64,000 nucleotides of DNA from Promethearchaeota archaeon (GTDB taxonomy: Archaea > Asgardarchaeota > Lokiarchaeia > Sigyniarchaeales > SOKP01). A program made the translations under genes and the position numbers. The notes beneath the pieces are model-generated. The model did no database searches, had not been told where the DNA came from, and saw nothing but the letters and a program-made list of their open reading frames with translations. Below, piece after piece: positions 52,843 through 62,089 of this stretch (within the stretch, counting starts at the first letter, position 1; each line of letters opens with the position of its first letter). Location: contig JBHLOJ010000005.1 in NCBI GenBank assembly GCA_048940605.1, positions 8,254-72,253 of the forward strand, read 5' to 3'.

Positions 52843-52989
52843 GAAGAAAACTATATTAAAGAAGTCATACCCTTGAAATGTTCTGCAGTTATGATTGCAT
52901 CTTTTATTTTAATTCCATCTTCATTATTTAAAATATCTAATAACTGCTTTGCATTTTCTACTATTACTTCTTTTAAAGAGAGGATGATT

Positions 52990-53559
52990 CTATTTTGAAT
53001 CCTTTAATTCATTAAGGGTCGCTTTAGATTCATGGTATAATTTTTTGATTATAGCTTGAAAGGCATCATATACACGTTCGCCTGTTTTCGCTGAGGTTAA
53101 ATAATAACCAAGAAGGTTTTTTTTCTTTACTAATCTTTCAATTTTAGCATTATCTATATTATCCTTATTAACAAGATCAACTTTATTAGCGAAAATTATA
53201 ATAGGTATGGCTCCACAAAATTGCTTTAAATCGTCATACCAATGTATAACATTCTTAAGACTTTCCTTACCAAGCTTATTTTCTTCAAGTGAATAAACAA
53301 TTATTCCTGCTCTACTGTCCTTATAAAAAGATGGACGTAAGAAATGAAACTCATCCTGACCAGCGATATCCCAAAAAAATAACAAGCATTGATCATTTTC
53401 TATTTCCTCTACATATTTCGAAAATTGGGCTCCTAATGTTTTTATATATTCTTTTTGGAAACTACCTTTAGTAAATTTTTGAATTAAACTAGTTTTTCCC
53501 ACCATACCATCTCCAACGACAGTAACTTTAAACTTAAATATATCTTGAGGTTTATTCAT
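52990..53559 (-). CDS. stand-alone Rab/Ras-like small GTPase
   Basis: G1 GDGMVGKTS, switch I YIKTLG, G3 WDIAGQDEF, G4 ANKVDL, G5 TSAKTG. 189 aa with no C-terminal Cys. Confidence 0.8.
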   Translation of the reverse strand: MNKPQDIFKFKVTVVGDGMVGKTSLIQKFTKGSFQKEYIKTLGAQFSKYVEEIENDQCLLFFWDIAGQDEFHFLRPSFYKDSRAGIIVYSLEENKLGKESLKNVIHWYDDLKQFCGAIPIIIFANKVDLVNKDNIDNAKIERLVKKKNLLGYYLTSAKTGERVYDAFQAIIKKLYHESKATLNELKDSK

Positions 53560-53753
53560 ATGTATAATCAGTAAAAATTATGTTTCTTAAAATTAAATTA
53601 TAGTAAATAACAAATATTCTTGAATATAAAAATTTGATTAATGTAATTTGATCTTAAAATAAATCGTTTAAATATTGATATTTCTTATAAAATATAATAA
53701 TCATATTCCTAATGAGAAAGTTTTAAAAGATAGATTTAGAGAGGACTAAAAAA

Positions 53754-54530
53754 TTGGCTATAATAGAACAAAAAATGGAAGTCTTATTCGGTTTGTTTGG
53801 AATATTAACTGCAACTACTCTTTTAATTCTAGCTGTTTTTTTTACTCCTGGATATAGTCCATTACTCAAACCTGTAAGTTCTTTAGGGAGAGGAGAAGCT
53901 AAATCATTATTTAGCATAAGTTTTGTAATTGCAGGTTCCTTAAGCATTCCTTTTTTTATTACTCTCGAAAGAGAATTAGTAAATATAAAAGAAAGTATTC
54001 GAAGACTTGCTACTGGCGTCTCTATATTTTCTTCAGTTTGTATTGCTTTAGTGGGAATAATTCCAGATGAGACTTATATTGATTTATTTCTCATGTTCCA
54101 TGGTTTCGTAGCGTGGGTTAGTTTTGTTGGTACATGTTTTTATATTGATCTCTATAGTGTTTTAATGTATAAAGGGCCTCAATCTAAACTATATTCAGGT
54201 CCAAAATTTAAAAAAGCTTTGTCGTATTTTGGATTTAGTGTATCTATTATATTAGTACTTTTTTTAATCACACGAGAACCATTGATTGAATGGATTTTAA
54301 CTTCTTTTATGGTAGTATGGATTCTAATAACAGCAATACAAATGATTTCATTCAAGTTTTTTAATATCGCCGGTGTATATTATAAGCGAACACAATTCCC
54401 AGAAGCCTTGAGAATGTTTGAAGAAGCTATGGAAATCTTACAGCGTCTTGAGTTGAGTCAAGAACCTATCACAGAAACTATTCAAGAAAATATCGAATAT
54501 TTGAAAAAAAAACTTGAAAGAGAAACTTAA
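53754..54530 (+). CDS. DUF998-like membrane protein with a C-terminal helical tail
   Basis: VSSLGRGEAKSLFSISFVIAGSLSIPFF parallels LSDLGNSSYNPNGAILYNLGCILTGIMLFPFF of ORF 55366. About 6 TM helices. Confidence 0.5.
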   Translation: MAIIEQKMEVLFGLFGILTATTLLILAVFFTPGYSPLLKPVSSLGRGEAKSLFSISFVIAGSLSIPFFITLERELVNIKESIRRLATGVSIFSSVCIALVGIIPDETYIDLFLMFHGFVAWVSFVGTCFYIDLYSVLMYKGPQSKLYSGPKFKKALSYFGFSVSIILVLFLITREPLIEWILTSFMVVWILITAIQMISFKFFNIAGVYYKRTQFPEALRMFEEAMEILQRLELSQEPITETIQENIEYLKKKLERET

Positions 54531-54556
54531 ATAAAAATAAAATATAATAATAAAAA

Positions 54557-55147
54557 TTATTTAATTTCGATTTTTTTCTTTTCCTTTCTCTCTTCTTTAT
54601 TTTTTGGTAATTTCAGAGTTAAAACTCCCTTATCAAGTTTAGCGTCAATATTCTCTTCATCGATGTTTTCAGGTATCGTAAAAGATCTATGATAACTTGA
54701 GCTATGAAATTCTCTCCTGACATACCCATCTTTTTTCTCTTCATGTTCATTTTTTTGCTCTCCTTTAATCTCTAGAATGCCATCATGAACTGAAATCTCT
54801 ATATCTCCCTTATCTAAACCAGGTATTTCAGCAGAAATACTATAATTATCACCATTATCAACTATATTTGTAAGAGGTGTTCGGAAAAACTCATCTTCAT
54901 CAAAAATTTTAAGATTGAAAGGCTCTAAATCCCATAATCTTGAAGGTCTCCAAAAATTACTGAAATATCTATCTAAATCATCGAACAAATGATCAAATTG
55001 TCTAAAAATTGAAAGTGGTCTATGTCGTCTTAACTGAATTGCACCTTTTTTAACTTTTTCTTTAGGAGTTTCTTCAATATTAGTTTTTTGCTCAGAAAGT
55101 TCCTCATTTTTTGTATTTACAGTTTCATTTTCTTTTGTATCTGACAT
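54557..55147 (-). CDS. Hsp20/alpha-crystallin small heat-shock protein
   Basis: Alpha-crystallin domain (YSISAEIPGLDKGDIEISVHDGILEIKGE...F.R.F.IPENID...I.AK.DKGVLTLKLPK). GGAGGT SD lies 8 nt upstream of the ATG. Confidence 0.85.
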   Translation of the reverse strand: MSDTKENETVNTKNEELSEQKTNIEETPKEKVKKGAIQLRRHRPLSIFRQFDHLFDDLDRYFSNFWRPSRLWDLEPFNLKIFDEDEFFRTPLTNIVDNGDNYSISAEIPGLDKGDIEISVHDGILEIKGEQKNEHEEKKDGYVRREFHSSSYHRSFTIPENIDEENIDAKLDKGVLTLKLPKNKEERKEKKKIEIK

Positions 55148-55180
55148 AATTTTTACCTCCTTATTTTTATTTATATGGTT

Positions 55181-55201
55181 TTGTCAATGTTTGATTGACA
55201 A
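55181..55201. promoter_or_regulatory. perfect palindrome in the hsp20 promoter region (candidate operator)
   Basis: TTGTCAAT-gtttg-ATTGACAA, centred about 45 nt upstream of the hsp20 ATG and next to an A/T-rich TATA-like block (ATATAAATAAAAATAA on the gene strand). Confidence 0.35.
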
Positions 55202-55365
55202 TTCACATTTAACATATATCAATTTACATATTTAAATGTTGTGTCTAGTTGTAATTAGCCGTGAAATCATTAGGAAGATATAGTTTGGAACACAGAACAA
55301 AAAAATATTTATTGAAATTGGTGTAAATTCTAATTACTCTATTATAGAAAAAAAATAGTGATCGG

Positions 55366-55968
55366 ATGAAACTAAATATTAAATTAAAATGGCCGATAAG
55401 CTGTTATACGGGAATACTTGTTATACTCCTTTATTGTATCTTTACTTTTACTTCGCTTGCTTTATTTCCACCACCATTTAGTACATTAGATAATTGGCTT
55501 AGTGATTTAGGGAATTCTAGCTATAACCCAAATGGGGCAATTCTTTATAACCTTGGTTGTATCTTAACAGGAATAATGTTATTTCCTTTTTTTTTAGGGT
55601 TGAATACGTGGTATACGGATGAATCCTGGTATAAAAATGCTATTAGAGTAATTCAAGGTATAGGTTGTTTTTCAGGATTTGCATTGATTATGATTGGGAT
55701 TTACTCTGAAGATTTTATAGCACCACACGTATTCTGGTCTGAAGTATTTTTTAATGCAAATCTCACAATCTTAATCCTATCGTCATTAGCTTTATATTTT
55801 CATCCCGATTTTATTAAATGGATTTTTATATATGGAATAATAGTAGCTATTATTAATCTATTGTTCGTATTCTTCTTAGAAACTCCAATTTTAGAGTGGT
55901 TTACCGTTTTTACTGCTCTTGGTTATGTAGGATTAATAGTTTTCAACATATATCAGAAATTTCGATAA
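55366..55968 (+). CDS. DUF998-family membrane protein
   Basis: Six hydrophobic helices and an LSDLG motif after TM1. Paralog of 53754..54530. Confidence 0.55.
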   Translation: MKLNIKLKWPISCYTGILVILLYCIFTFTSLALFPPPFSTLDNWLSDLGNSSYNPNGAILYNLGCILTGIMLFPFFLGLNTWYTDESWYKNAIRVIQGIGCFSGFALIMIGIYSEDFIAPHVFWSEVFFNANLTILILSSLALYFHPDFIKWIFIYGIIVAIINLLFVFFLETPILEWFTVFTALGYVGLIVFNIYQKFR

Positions 55969-55995
55969 TTCAGGCAAAATGTTTATGTTTTACAA

Positions 55996-56736
55996 TTATT
56001 CTAAAATCTTTCCATTTGGTAATATAAAATCGTATTCCGCATAAAAACCCCCTAAATCCTTAACGGCACCCTCTAATACTTCATATGAAATATCATATTG
56101 AGATTTTTGACTTTTTAAGTAATTAACTAAAGCACCATTTTGAGTATATACCTTTTCTATTGTTATAGATGTCTCAGTTAACTGTCGAAGTGCTGGTTTT
56201 GTATTATCTGCAACATCTGGGATTATTTTCAAATTGTAAAAAGGTAAACTTTCAAACATATCCCTGGGATTTAAACCTGGTTCAGAGTCTAAAATTTCAG
56301 CACTAGCATCAAAAATTTTTTTCCCTTTTCTTGAAACTGTTCCATTTATTTTATTTTTTTTGATTTTAGATAGACTAATTTCAGCGATTTTCTTAGGAAT
56401 TCCCCATATTTCTCTCCCTGCTGCTAATGCTACGTCGTCATCCACATATATGCTATAAATGAATACTCCCGGTTTATTTTGATATGTACAGCTTAATATA
56501 AGTAAGGCCTCATTATAAGGACCGATTGAAGTATCAGGATACTCCAATATAAGAAGAGTGTCAAGGCTTCCTTCTATAGATTTTAATTCCTTAGGTAAAT
56601 AGAATTTCTTTTTGTTTGGTACACATTGAAATACTAACGCGAGAGCTCGTGCCTTCTTATATTCAATTGGAGGAGGAGGATACAAGCCACATTGACGTGG
56701 CATGGAATAGTCTACATTTTGATTATTTTCTATCAT
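55996..56736 (-). CDS. acetoacetate decarboxylase-family protein
   Basis: YPPPPIEY N-terminus, IGPYNEA, and AAGREIWGIPKK, which are characteristic ADC-family motifs. Confidence 0.55.
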   Translation of the reverse strand: MIENNQNVDYSMPRQCGLYPPPPIEYKKARALALVFQCVPNKKKFYLPKELKSIEGSLDTLLILEYPDTSIGPYNEALLILSCTYQNKPGVFIYSIYVDDDVALAAGREIWGIPKKIAEISLSKIKKNKINGTVSRKGKKIFDASAEILDSEPGLNPRDMFESLPFYNLKIIPDVADNTKPALRQLTETSITIEKVYTQNGALVNYLKSQKSQYDISYEVLEGAVKDLGGFYAEYDFILPNGKILE

Positions 56737-56759
56737 TTTCTAACACCTTTCAATTATTA

Positions 56760-56993
56760 TTAAAGCGGCACTACAATATGAGTTTGTGTTCTATCGATGC
56801 CTTCGATTTTATGAATTTTGGCTAAAATGGTTTTAGCGATGGTCTCTACATCTTTACCCTCTACTTTTGTTATGATATCGATACCTCCTGTTACGGGATA
56901 TGTTTCTTTTACTTCTGATATTTTCTCTAATTCGTTGACAACTGATACTACAAACCCAGCTTTAACTTTCATTAACACAAAACATAATGTCAT
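56760..56993 (-). CDS. stand-alone Lrp/AsnC-type ligand-binding (RAM) domain protein
   Basis: 77 aa with a beta-alpha-beta-beta-alpha-beta pattern (FVLMKVKAG....V...L......V.E.Y.VTG..DI). Confidence 0.6.
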   Translation of the reverse strand: MTLCFVLMKVKAGFVVSVVNELEKISEVKETYPVTGGIDIITKVEGKDVETIAKTILAKIHKIEGIDRTQTHIVVPL

Positions 56994-57287
56994 ATTATTA
57001 ACTCGCCTTGTTAAAATTATTATATCTATTGTTTAAATTATCATGAATATTTAAAAGGTTTACAGTTATGATGGAGAGATTATTTTTTCAATTAAAAATT
57101 AGAAGATAACGTCAATACCCAAGTATAAAATCATTACAATTAAAGTTAAAGCAATTTTATACCAGCATCAATGTTTCTACCACATCCGTACAATTAAAAT
57201 CAGAAAATCATTGAAATTTTTTATAAAAAAGTTAATTGTTGTATTACCTTTAATTCATTTAAAGAAAATTTTTCCAAGATTTTAGTT

Positions 57288-58049
57288 ATGCAAGAAGAAA
57301 TTAAGGACCTCATTAATGGTTTTATTGAAGATTTTAAGGTTGTAAATAATATTGAGACCAAATGGGGTGAATCCATTATAGCTTTTGCTAACGCTAAAGA
57401 TCCTATTTTTCTACAATTAAAGCAAGTAGTTGACGAAGATCATAAGTTACCGCATGAATTACTTAAGAATGCTAACAGTATTATTAGCTTTTTTATCCCA
57501 TTTAATGAAGATGTTGTATTTAGCAATTCTAATGGTATGAATGCTTCAAAAAAGTGGGCAATTGCATACATCGAGACAAATCAATTAATAGTAAATTTAA
57601 CGAAGTTTCTTGGTAAATCTTTAAAAGAAAAAAATTATGATTATTTTGAAATTCCTCCAACAAACGATTTTGATAAGAATAAATTAATGTGCTATTGGTC
57701 TCATAAGCATATTGGTTATATCGCTGGATTAGGAAAATTTGGTTTACATAATTTGTTGATAACTGAAAAAGGATGTTGTGGGAGATTAGGAAGCTTAATA
57801 ACTTCAGCCAAAATTGAAGCTACTGAAAGAAACGAGGACGAAAATTGTCTTTATTTTCAGGATGGAAGCTGTACTCAATGTGTTGATAAATGTGCATTTG
57901 ACGCTTTATATTTAGATTCTTTTGATCGTCATAGGTGTTATGAAATTTGTTTAAAAAATGGTAGACGGTATTCTGAATTAGGGTCGTCGGATATGTGTGG
58001 AAAATGCGCATGTGGAGTTCCTTGTTCTTTAAAAAATCCTTGTAAATAA
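57288..58049 (+). CDS. QueG/reductive-dehalogenase-superfamily Fe-S protein (epoxyqueuosine reductase-like)
   Basis: IAGLGKFGLHNLLITEKGCCGRLGSLIT resembles the QueG core. CTQCVDKC and the C-terminal CGKCACGVPC are Cys clusters. Confidence 0.45.
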   Translation: MQEEIKDLINGFIEDFKVVNNIETKWGESIIAFANAKDPIFLQLKQVVDEDHKLPHELLKNANSIISFFIPFNEDVVFSNSNGMNASKKWAIAYIETNQLIVNLTKFLGKSLKEKNYDYFEIPPTNDFDKNKLMCYWSHKHIGYIAGLGKFGLHNLLITEKGCCGRLGSLITSAKIEATERNEDENCLYFQDGSCTQCVDKCAFDALYLDSFDRHRCYEICLKNGRRYSELGSSDMCGKCACGVPCSLKNPCK

Positions 58050-58121
58050 ACTAATTCTTATTTTTTTTCTAAGAAAAAATAGGGATTAAAACTTTAAATT
58101 AATATAATAAAAGAAAAATTT

Positions 58122-60218
58122 TTATATTGAAATTGAAGTTAATACCGCAGGATGATCTGCCGCTGAACCACCGAAATAAGTTACTTCAACATAATTACTT
58201 AAAGCAGTTAAATCAGGTGAAATGAACACATGATCTATTCTTTCAGCAGGAAGTCGAGTCACCCAATCATTTGGAACATCACCAATTAAAGTTGAATTTG
58301 CGATTTGCCAACAATCATCTAAAGGGTGCACTATAGTAATATTGTACTGTTCAGTGTAAGGTTGAAAATTAAAATCTCCCATTAAAATAACATTTGTTTT
58401 TGACCCAATTCTTTCTAATAATTGTTCTTGCTGAATAATTTGAGATCTATCAAATGGAGGGATAGTTGGGTCTATAAAATTCCCAAGATGAGTAACAAAT
58501 ACATTGTAGGTAATAGTTCCAATTATTATTTTAGCTTCGATAGTTGCTGTTTGTTCTCCTTCACTTTCCATATAAAATGTTTTTGCGTTTTTAATAGGAT
58601 ATCTTGATAAAAGAGCAATACCATAAGTACCAGTGATTGTCTTTGGACCGAAATATGAATAATATTTTAATCGATTATTGATATATCTTACGATATCTGC
58701 ATTTCCACTAGATATTCTACATGTATCGGACTCTTGTAATCCAATTATTGAAGCATTAGCATTTTTTATAACTTCATATTGTCCTTCAAAATTTTTATCA
58801 CCATTTTCATCAAAACCTTGCTGAATATTATAAGATAAAATCCGTATTGGATTGTCTATATCATCTTCTTTATCTGTTTTTTCAAGCACTGCTACACCTA
58901 AAATAGTACCAATACATATGATGAATATTAATCCTGAAATCTTGAGCCTGGATTTGAACTTATTTCTTGACTGTTTTGTAAATAATAGTGAATCCTTTCT
59001 AACTAATAAAATTGGTAAAGCTATTACTAATCCGACAACTAGAAATACAAACCAGATCATATCTCTGAAGAAGGCTCCAACATAAGGCACATAATCCCAA
59101 ACTATAGTAAATACAGCGGAAAAAATCATTAGCAAAAGATATACTGATGATATAAAAAAACTTACACCAATCTTTCGAATAGAGGGTTTACTCCTAAATA
59201 ATTCTCTTGTTAACAATGTAAAATCTATTAATATTATTGGTGAAAGAATAAGCATAATATATAGTGGAATATGATGTAGTAAAGTAGTAGTAGGAGCATA
59301 TACTGGGTATGATGATATAAACAAGAAAGGAATTTGATGGACTCCTATTGTTAACACAAGCATAAGAACAAAAAGACCATTCCAGAATAAAATTCCCCTA
59401 AATGTAATTATATTGATTATATCAGGCTTAAAGGCTACAAGAAAAATAAAGGCTGTTATTGCGATAATTGTAAATATCGTGATTGCGGTGTAGTTACCTT
59501 CAGTCCATCTTGAAATTACAACTGGACTACTAAAAGCGAAATAAATGAGTACTAAAATACTTGTAATACCAAGACTTAAGCCAAGAATTTTCCATTTACT
59601 TCCCTTTTTCTCTTGAATGTGTGAAGGATCAGAAGAATTAATTCGTTCTCCAAAAATTTTTGTCATCCGATCAGTATTTAAAAAATTTATCAGCATGATT
59701 CCTGCAATTGCAGCAAGAACCCATCCAATCCATAAAAACCAAAAATGGTATGTCAGATCAAGTGTAGAACCTAAAGTTCTGAAAAGAATTGCCATTCCTA
59801 ATCCTATACTTAATTCAATTCCTATTAATAAACTGTTTTTCTCTTCATTTCCTTTTGATTTTGATTGGAGAAAAGCAGGGAAGAATAGCATAAAGCAGAA
59901 AACACCCATACCAGTAAAGATCATCTTTATTTGAGTATTAAATATTGGTTCTAAAATTCTACAGATTACCATTACTTCTCCGATAATTACCAATCCTTTA
60001 TCTGGGAATTCTTTTTTAAATATTGGTATAACTAATATAATTGGACTTAATAAGAAAAGGGCAGCAGCTATATTCTCATTTAGTTCAACTTCAATAAGGT
60101 TCAACGCATAAATCGACTCAATAAAATCCGATATCAACTGGAAAAAGAATAGAAATAGTATGCTAACAAGAATTAATTCTGAATAATACTTTCTAATATA
60201 TTTATTATAGATTTCCAT
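58122..60218 (-). CDS. polytopic membrane domain fused to a C-terminal endonuclease/exonuclease/phosphatase (EEP) domain
   Basis: About 12 TM helices, then ILSYNIQQG, IIGLQESD, GIALLSRYPI, MGDFNF, DH....SDHPAV. Confidence 0.7.
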   Translation of the reverse strand: MEIYNKYIRKYYSELILVSILFLFFFQLISDFIESIYALNLIEVELNENIAAALFLLSPIILVIPIFKKEFPDKGLVIIGEVMVICRILEPIFNTQIKMIFTGMGVFCFMLFFPAFLQSKSKGNEEKNSLLIGIELSIGLGMAILFRTLGSTLDLTYHFWFLWIGWVLAAIAGIMLINFLNTDRMTKIFGERINSSDPSHIQEKKGSKWKILGLSLGITSILVLIYFAFSSPVVISRWTEGNYTAITIFTIIAITAFIFLVAFKPDIINIITFRGILFWNGLFVLMLVLTIGVHQIPFLFISSYPVYAPTTTLLHHIPLYIMLILSPIILIDFTLLTRELFRSKPSIRKIGVSFFISSVYLLLMIFSAVFTIVWDYVPYVGAFFRDMIWFVFLVVGLVIALPILLVRKDSLLFTKQSRNKFKSRLKISGLIFIICIGTILGVAVLEKTDKEDDIDNPIRILSYNIQQGFDENGDKNFEGQYEVIKNANASIIGLQESDTCRISSGNADIVRYINNRLKYYSYFGPKTITGTYGIALLSRYPIKNAKTFYMESEGEQTATIEAKIIIGTITYNVFVTHLGNFIDPTIPPFDRSQIIQQEQLLERIGSKTNVILMGDFNFQPYTEQYNITIVHPLDDCWQIANSTLIGDVPNDWVTRLPAERIDHVFISPDLTALSNYVEVTYFGGSAADHPAVLTSISI

Positions 60219-60331
60219 ATAATTACTTTGAAATCTCCTTATATATAAATTTTAAATTGATATATAAAATAATAATCGAAATAGAAAAAAAAATAATGTC
60301 TATAGATTAAGTCTATTTGATTCTACTTTAA

Positions 60332-60424
60332 TTACTTGTACTTTATTCAAGATGGGATCCTTCAGACATGTGTGAGATATATGCTTGTGGGATTCCTTGT
60401 TCATTATGTAATCCTTGCAAATAA
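60332..60424 (+). pseudogene. relic 3'-terminal fragment of a QueG-like paralog
   Basis: The frame reads LLVLYSRWDPSDMCEIYACGIPCSLCNPCK-stop. The intact gene ends YSELGSSDMCGKCACGVPCSLKNPCK-stop (57288..58049). The DNA is visibly similar over about 65 nt, and a stop codon lies immediately upstream. Confidence 0.5.
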
Positions 60425-60454
60425 ATTGAGAAAAAATAAAAATAAAGAATAAAA

Positions 60455-61909
60455 TTATTTTAATTTTAATTCGGGATGTTCTTTTAATTCTGTTCTCATT
60501 TTTTTTAAAGTATCACCATGCAATTCATAAGATTTGAATAAAAGAATTGAACCAACAAGAGCTAAAGATGGAAATACAAACACTAGAAGTTTTATGCCAA
60601 TCTCTCTTAGAACAGGGTTATCAACAATCGGTGCGTATTCACTCCAACCAGTTCCAGAAAATATTATATAAATAGTTGTAATTCCAAGTATCATTGAAAA
60701 TCGGTGTATAAATGCATTTACACCATAATAACTAGCAGCTCTCCTCACCCCAAATTTAAGGGCATCCTGATCAATTACATCACCATGAATTAAATCGATA
60801 AAAAATAGTACAGCAGACAATCCAAATCCTATTGATGCAAAAACTACAAATGATAATATTCTACTTATATCATTATTTGATAAAAGTATCAAAGGAAATA
60901 ATGTAATTATCCAAATTCCCATACCTATCATTAATCCCTTACGTGTGCCTAGTTTTTTTCGAATCCATGCTTGAAGGGGCATAAAAAAGGCAGCAAAAAG
61001 AAGTGCTATCGCTAAAGTTACTCCAATTAATAAAGATCCTTGATCCCTTCCAAGCACATAAACTGCATAGAGAGGGAATACTGTTAACAACACATTAAAA
61101 CAATACCAAATTAACATATTTCCAAATGTAAATTTAATAAAGGTTCTATTTGAAAATGTTATTTTTAATGATTTAAAGAAGCCTGGCCTCTTTTCAAAAT
61201 CACTCAGTTGTTCTTCTTTTTCTTTTACACCAAAAAATATAAATAATACTGCCATAATTAAAACTATAGCACCCAAAATTATGCCTGATATAATATACTC
61301 AGATCGTATTTTATCAACTTGGGTAGCATATCCTAGTGGGTCAATTTTAGGATCTATCGTTGGAACTAAAGGCGTAATAATAATTGTGGGAATAAAAGAA
61401 GCCAATATTACTGCAATCATAGTAAAGCTTTTTATAAATATATTTACACTCCCTCTCTGCTTTTCGGTAGGAAACATTTCGGGAAAGATGGCATTTGTAT
61501 TTACTGAAAACATCGTATAAAATAGCTCAAATGTAAAGATTATTCCTAGAAAATACCAGAATTCAAAATCAAACATTTTATTGCTTAATGGGTTTCTCAA
61601 GCTTACTGTAAAAAGAAATATCATAATTAATGATAGCGGAATAAAGGAAATTATTAAATAAAATTTGCGTTTTCCTAATTTACCTTTCTGTTTTGTTTTT
61701 TCGCTTAATGTACCTAAAAGAGGATCATTAAACATATTCCAAATGCCCCATAAAACAAATCCGATCCACATTTCAAGCATACTAAGATGTACAACGGCAA
61801 AGTAATATGTAAAAACATAGATAGTAAACGCTTGATATGTTAACTGATCGGGAAAAGCATTTGTGCCAAATAATACTCTTTCCTTCAAAGATATTTTTCT
61901 TTCACTCAT
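60455..61909 (-). CDS. MFS transporter, glycoside-pentoside-hexuronide (GPH/MelB-like) family
   Basis: 12 hydrophobic segments. N-terminal YGTNAFPDQL, D-P-L-L-G-x-L-S-E and GKRKFYL resemble GPH signatures. Confidence 0.65.
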   Translation of the reverse strand: MSERKISLKERVLFGTNAFPDQLTYQAFTIYVFTYYFAVVHLSMLEMWIGFVLWGIWNMFNDPLLGTLSEKTKQKGKLGKRKFYLIISFIPLSLIMIFLFTVSLRNPLSNKMFDFEFWYFLGIIFTFELFYTMFSVNTNAIFPEMFPTEKQRGSVNIFIKSFTMIAVILASFIPTIIITPLVPTIDPKIDPLGYATQVDKIRSEYIISGIILGAIVLIMAVLFIFFGVKEKEEQLSDFEKRPGFFKSLKITFSNRTFIKFTFGNMLIWYCFNVLLTVFPLYAVYVLGRDQGSLLIGVTLAIALLFAAFFMPLQAWIRKKLGTRKGLMIGMGIWIITLFPLILLSNNDISRILSFVVFASIGFGLSAVLFFIDLIHGDVIDQDALKFGVRRAASYYGVNAFIHRFSMILGITTIYIIFSGTGWSEYAPIVDNPVLREIGIKLLVFVFPSLALVGSILLFKSYELHGDTLKKMRTELKEHPELKLK

Positions 61910-62089
61910 ATAAATATCACATAATTGTAGTTAAATTTGTATTAATTAACAATTAAATGTATTTAGATTTTTACCCTTTTAAAACTATATCAATCTATTT
62001 AAAACATCAACCATCTTAATAAAATTCATTTAACTAAAATCACTTAAGAAAAGAAATTTTATTTATAATATTAAAGAATAAGAAATTTG

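Noticed and set aside
56616-57036. Plus-strand ORFs 56616..56825 and 56818..57036.
   Set aside because: They are antisense to the ADC-family gene and the RAM-domain gene respectively. No motifs were found.
60352-60375. Short ATG ORF (MGSFRHV-stop) at the start of the relic fragment.
   Set aside because: It is in a different frame from the homologous relic reading frame and only 7 codons long, so it is not a gene.
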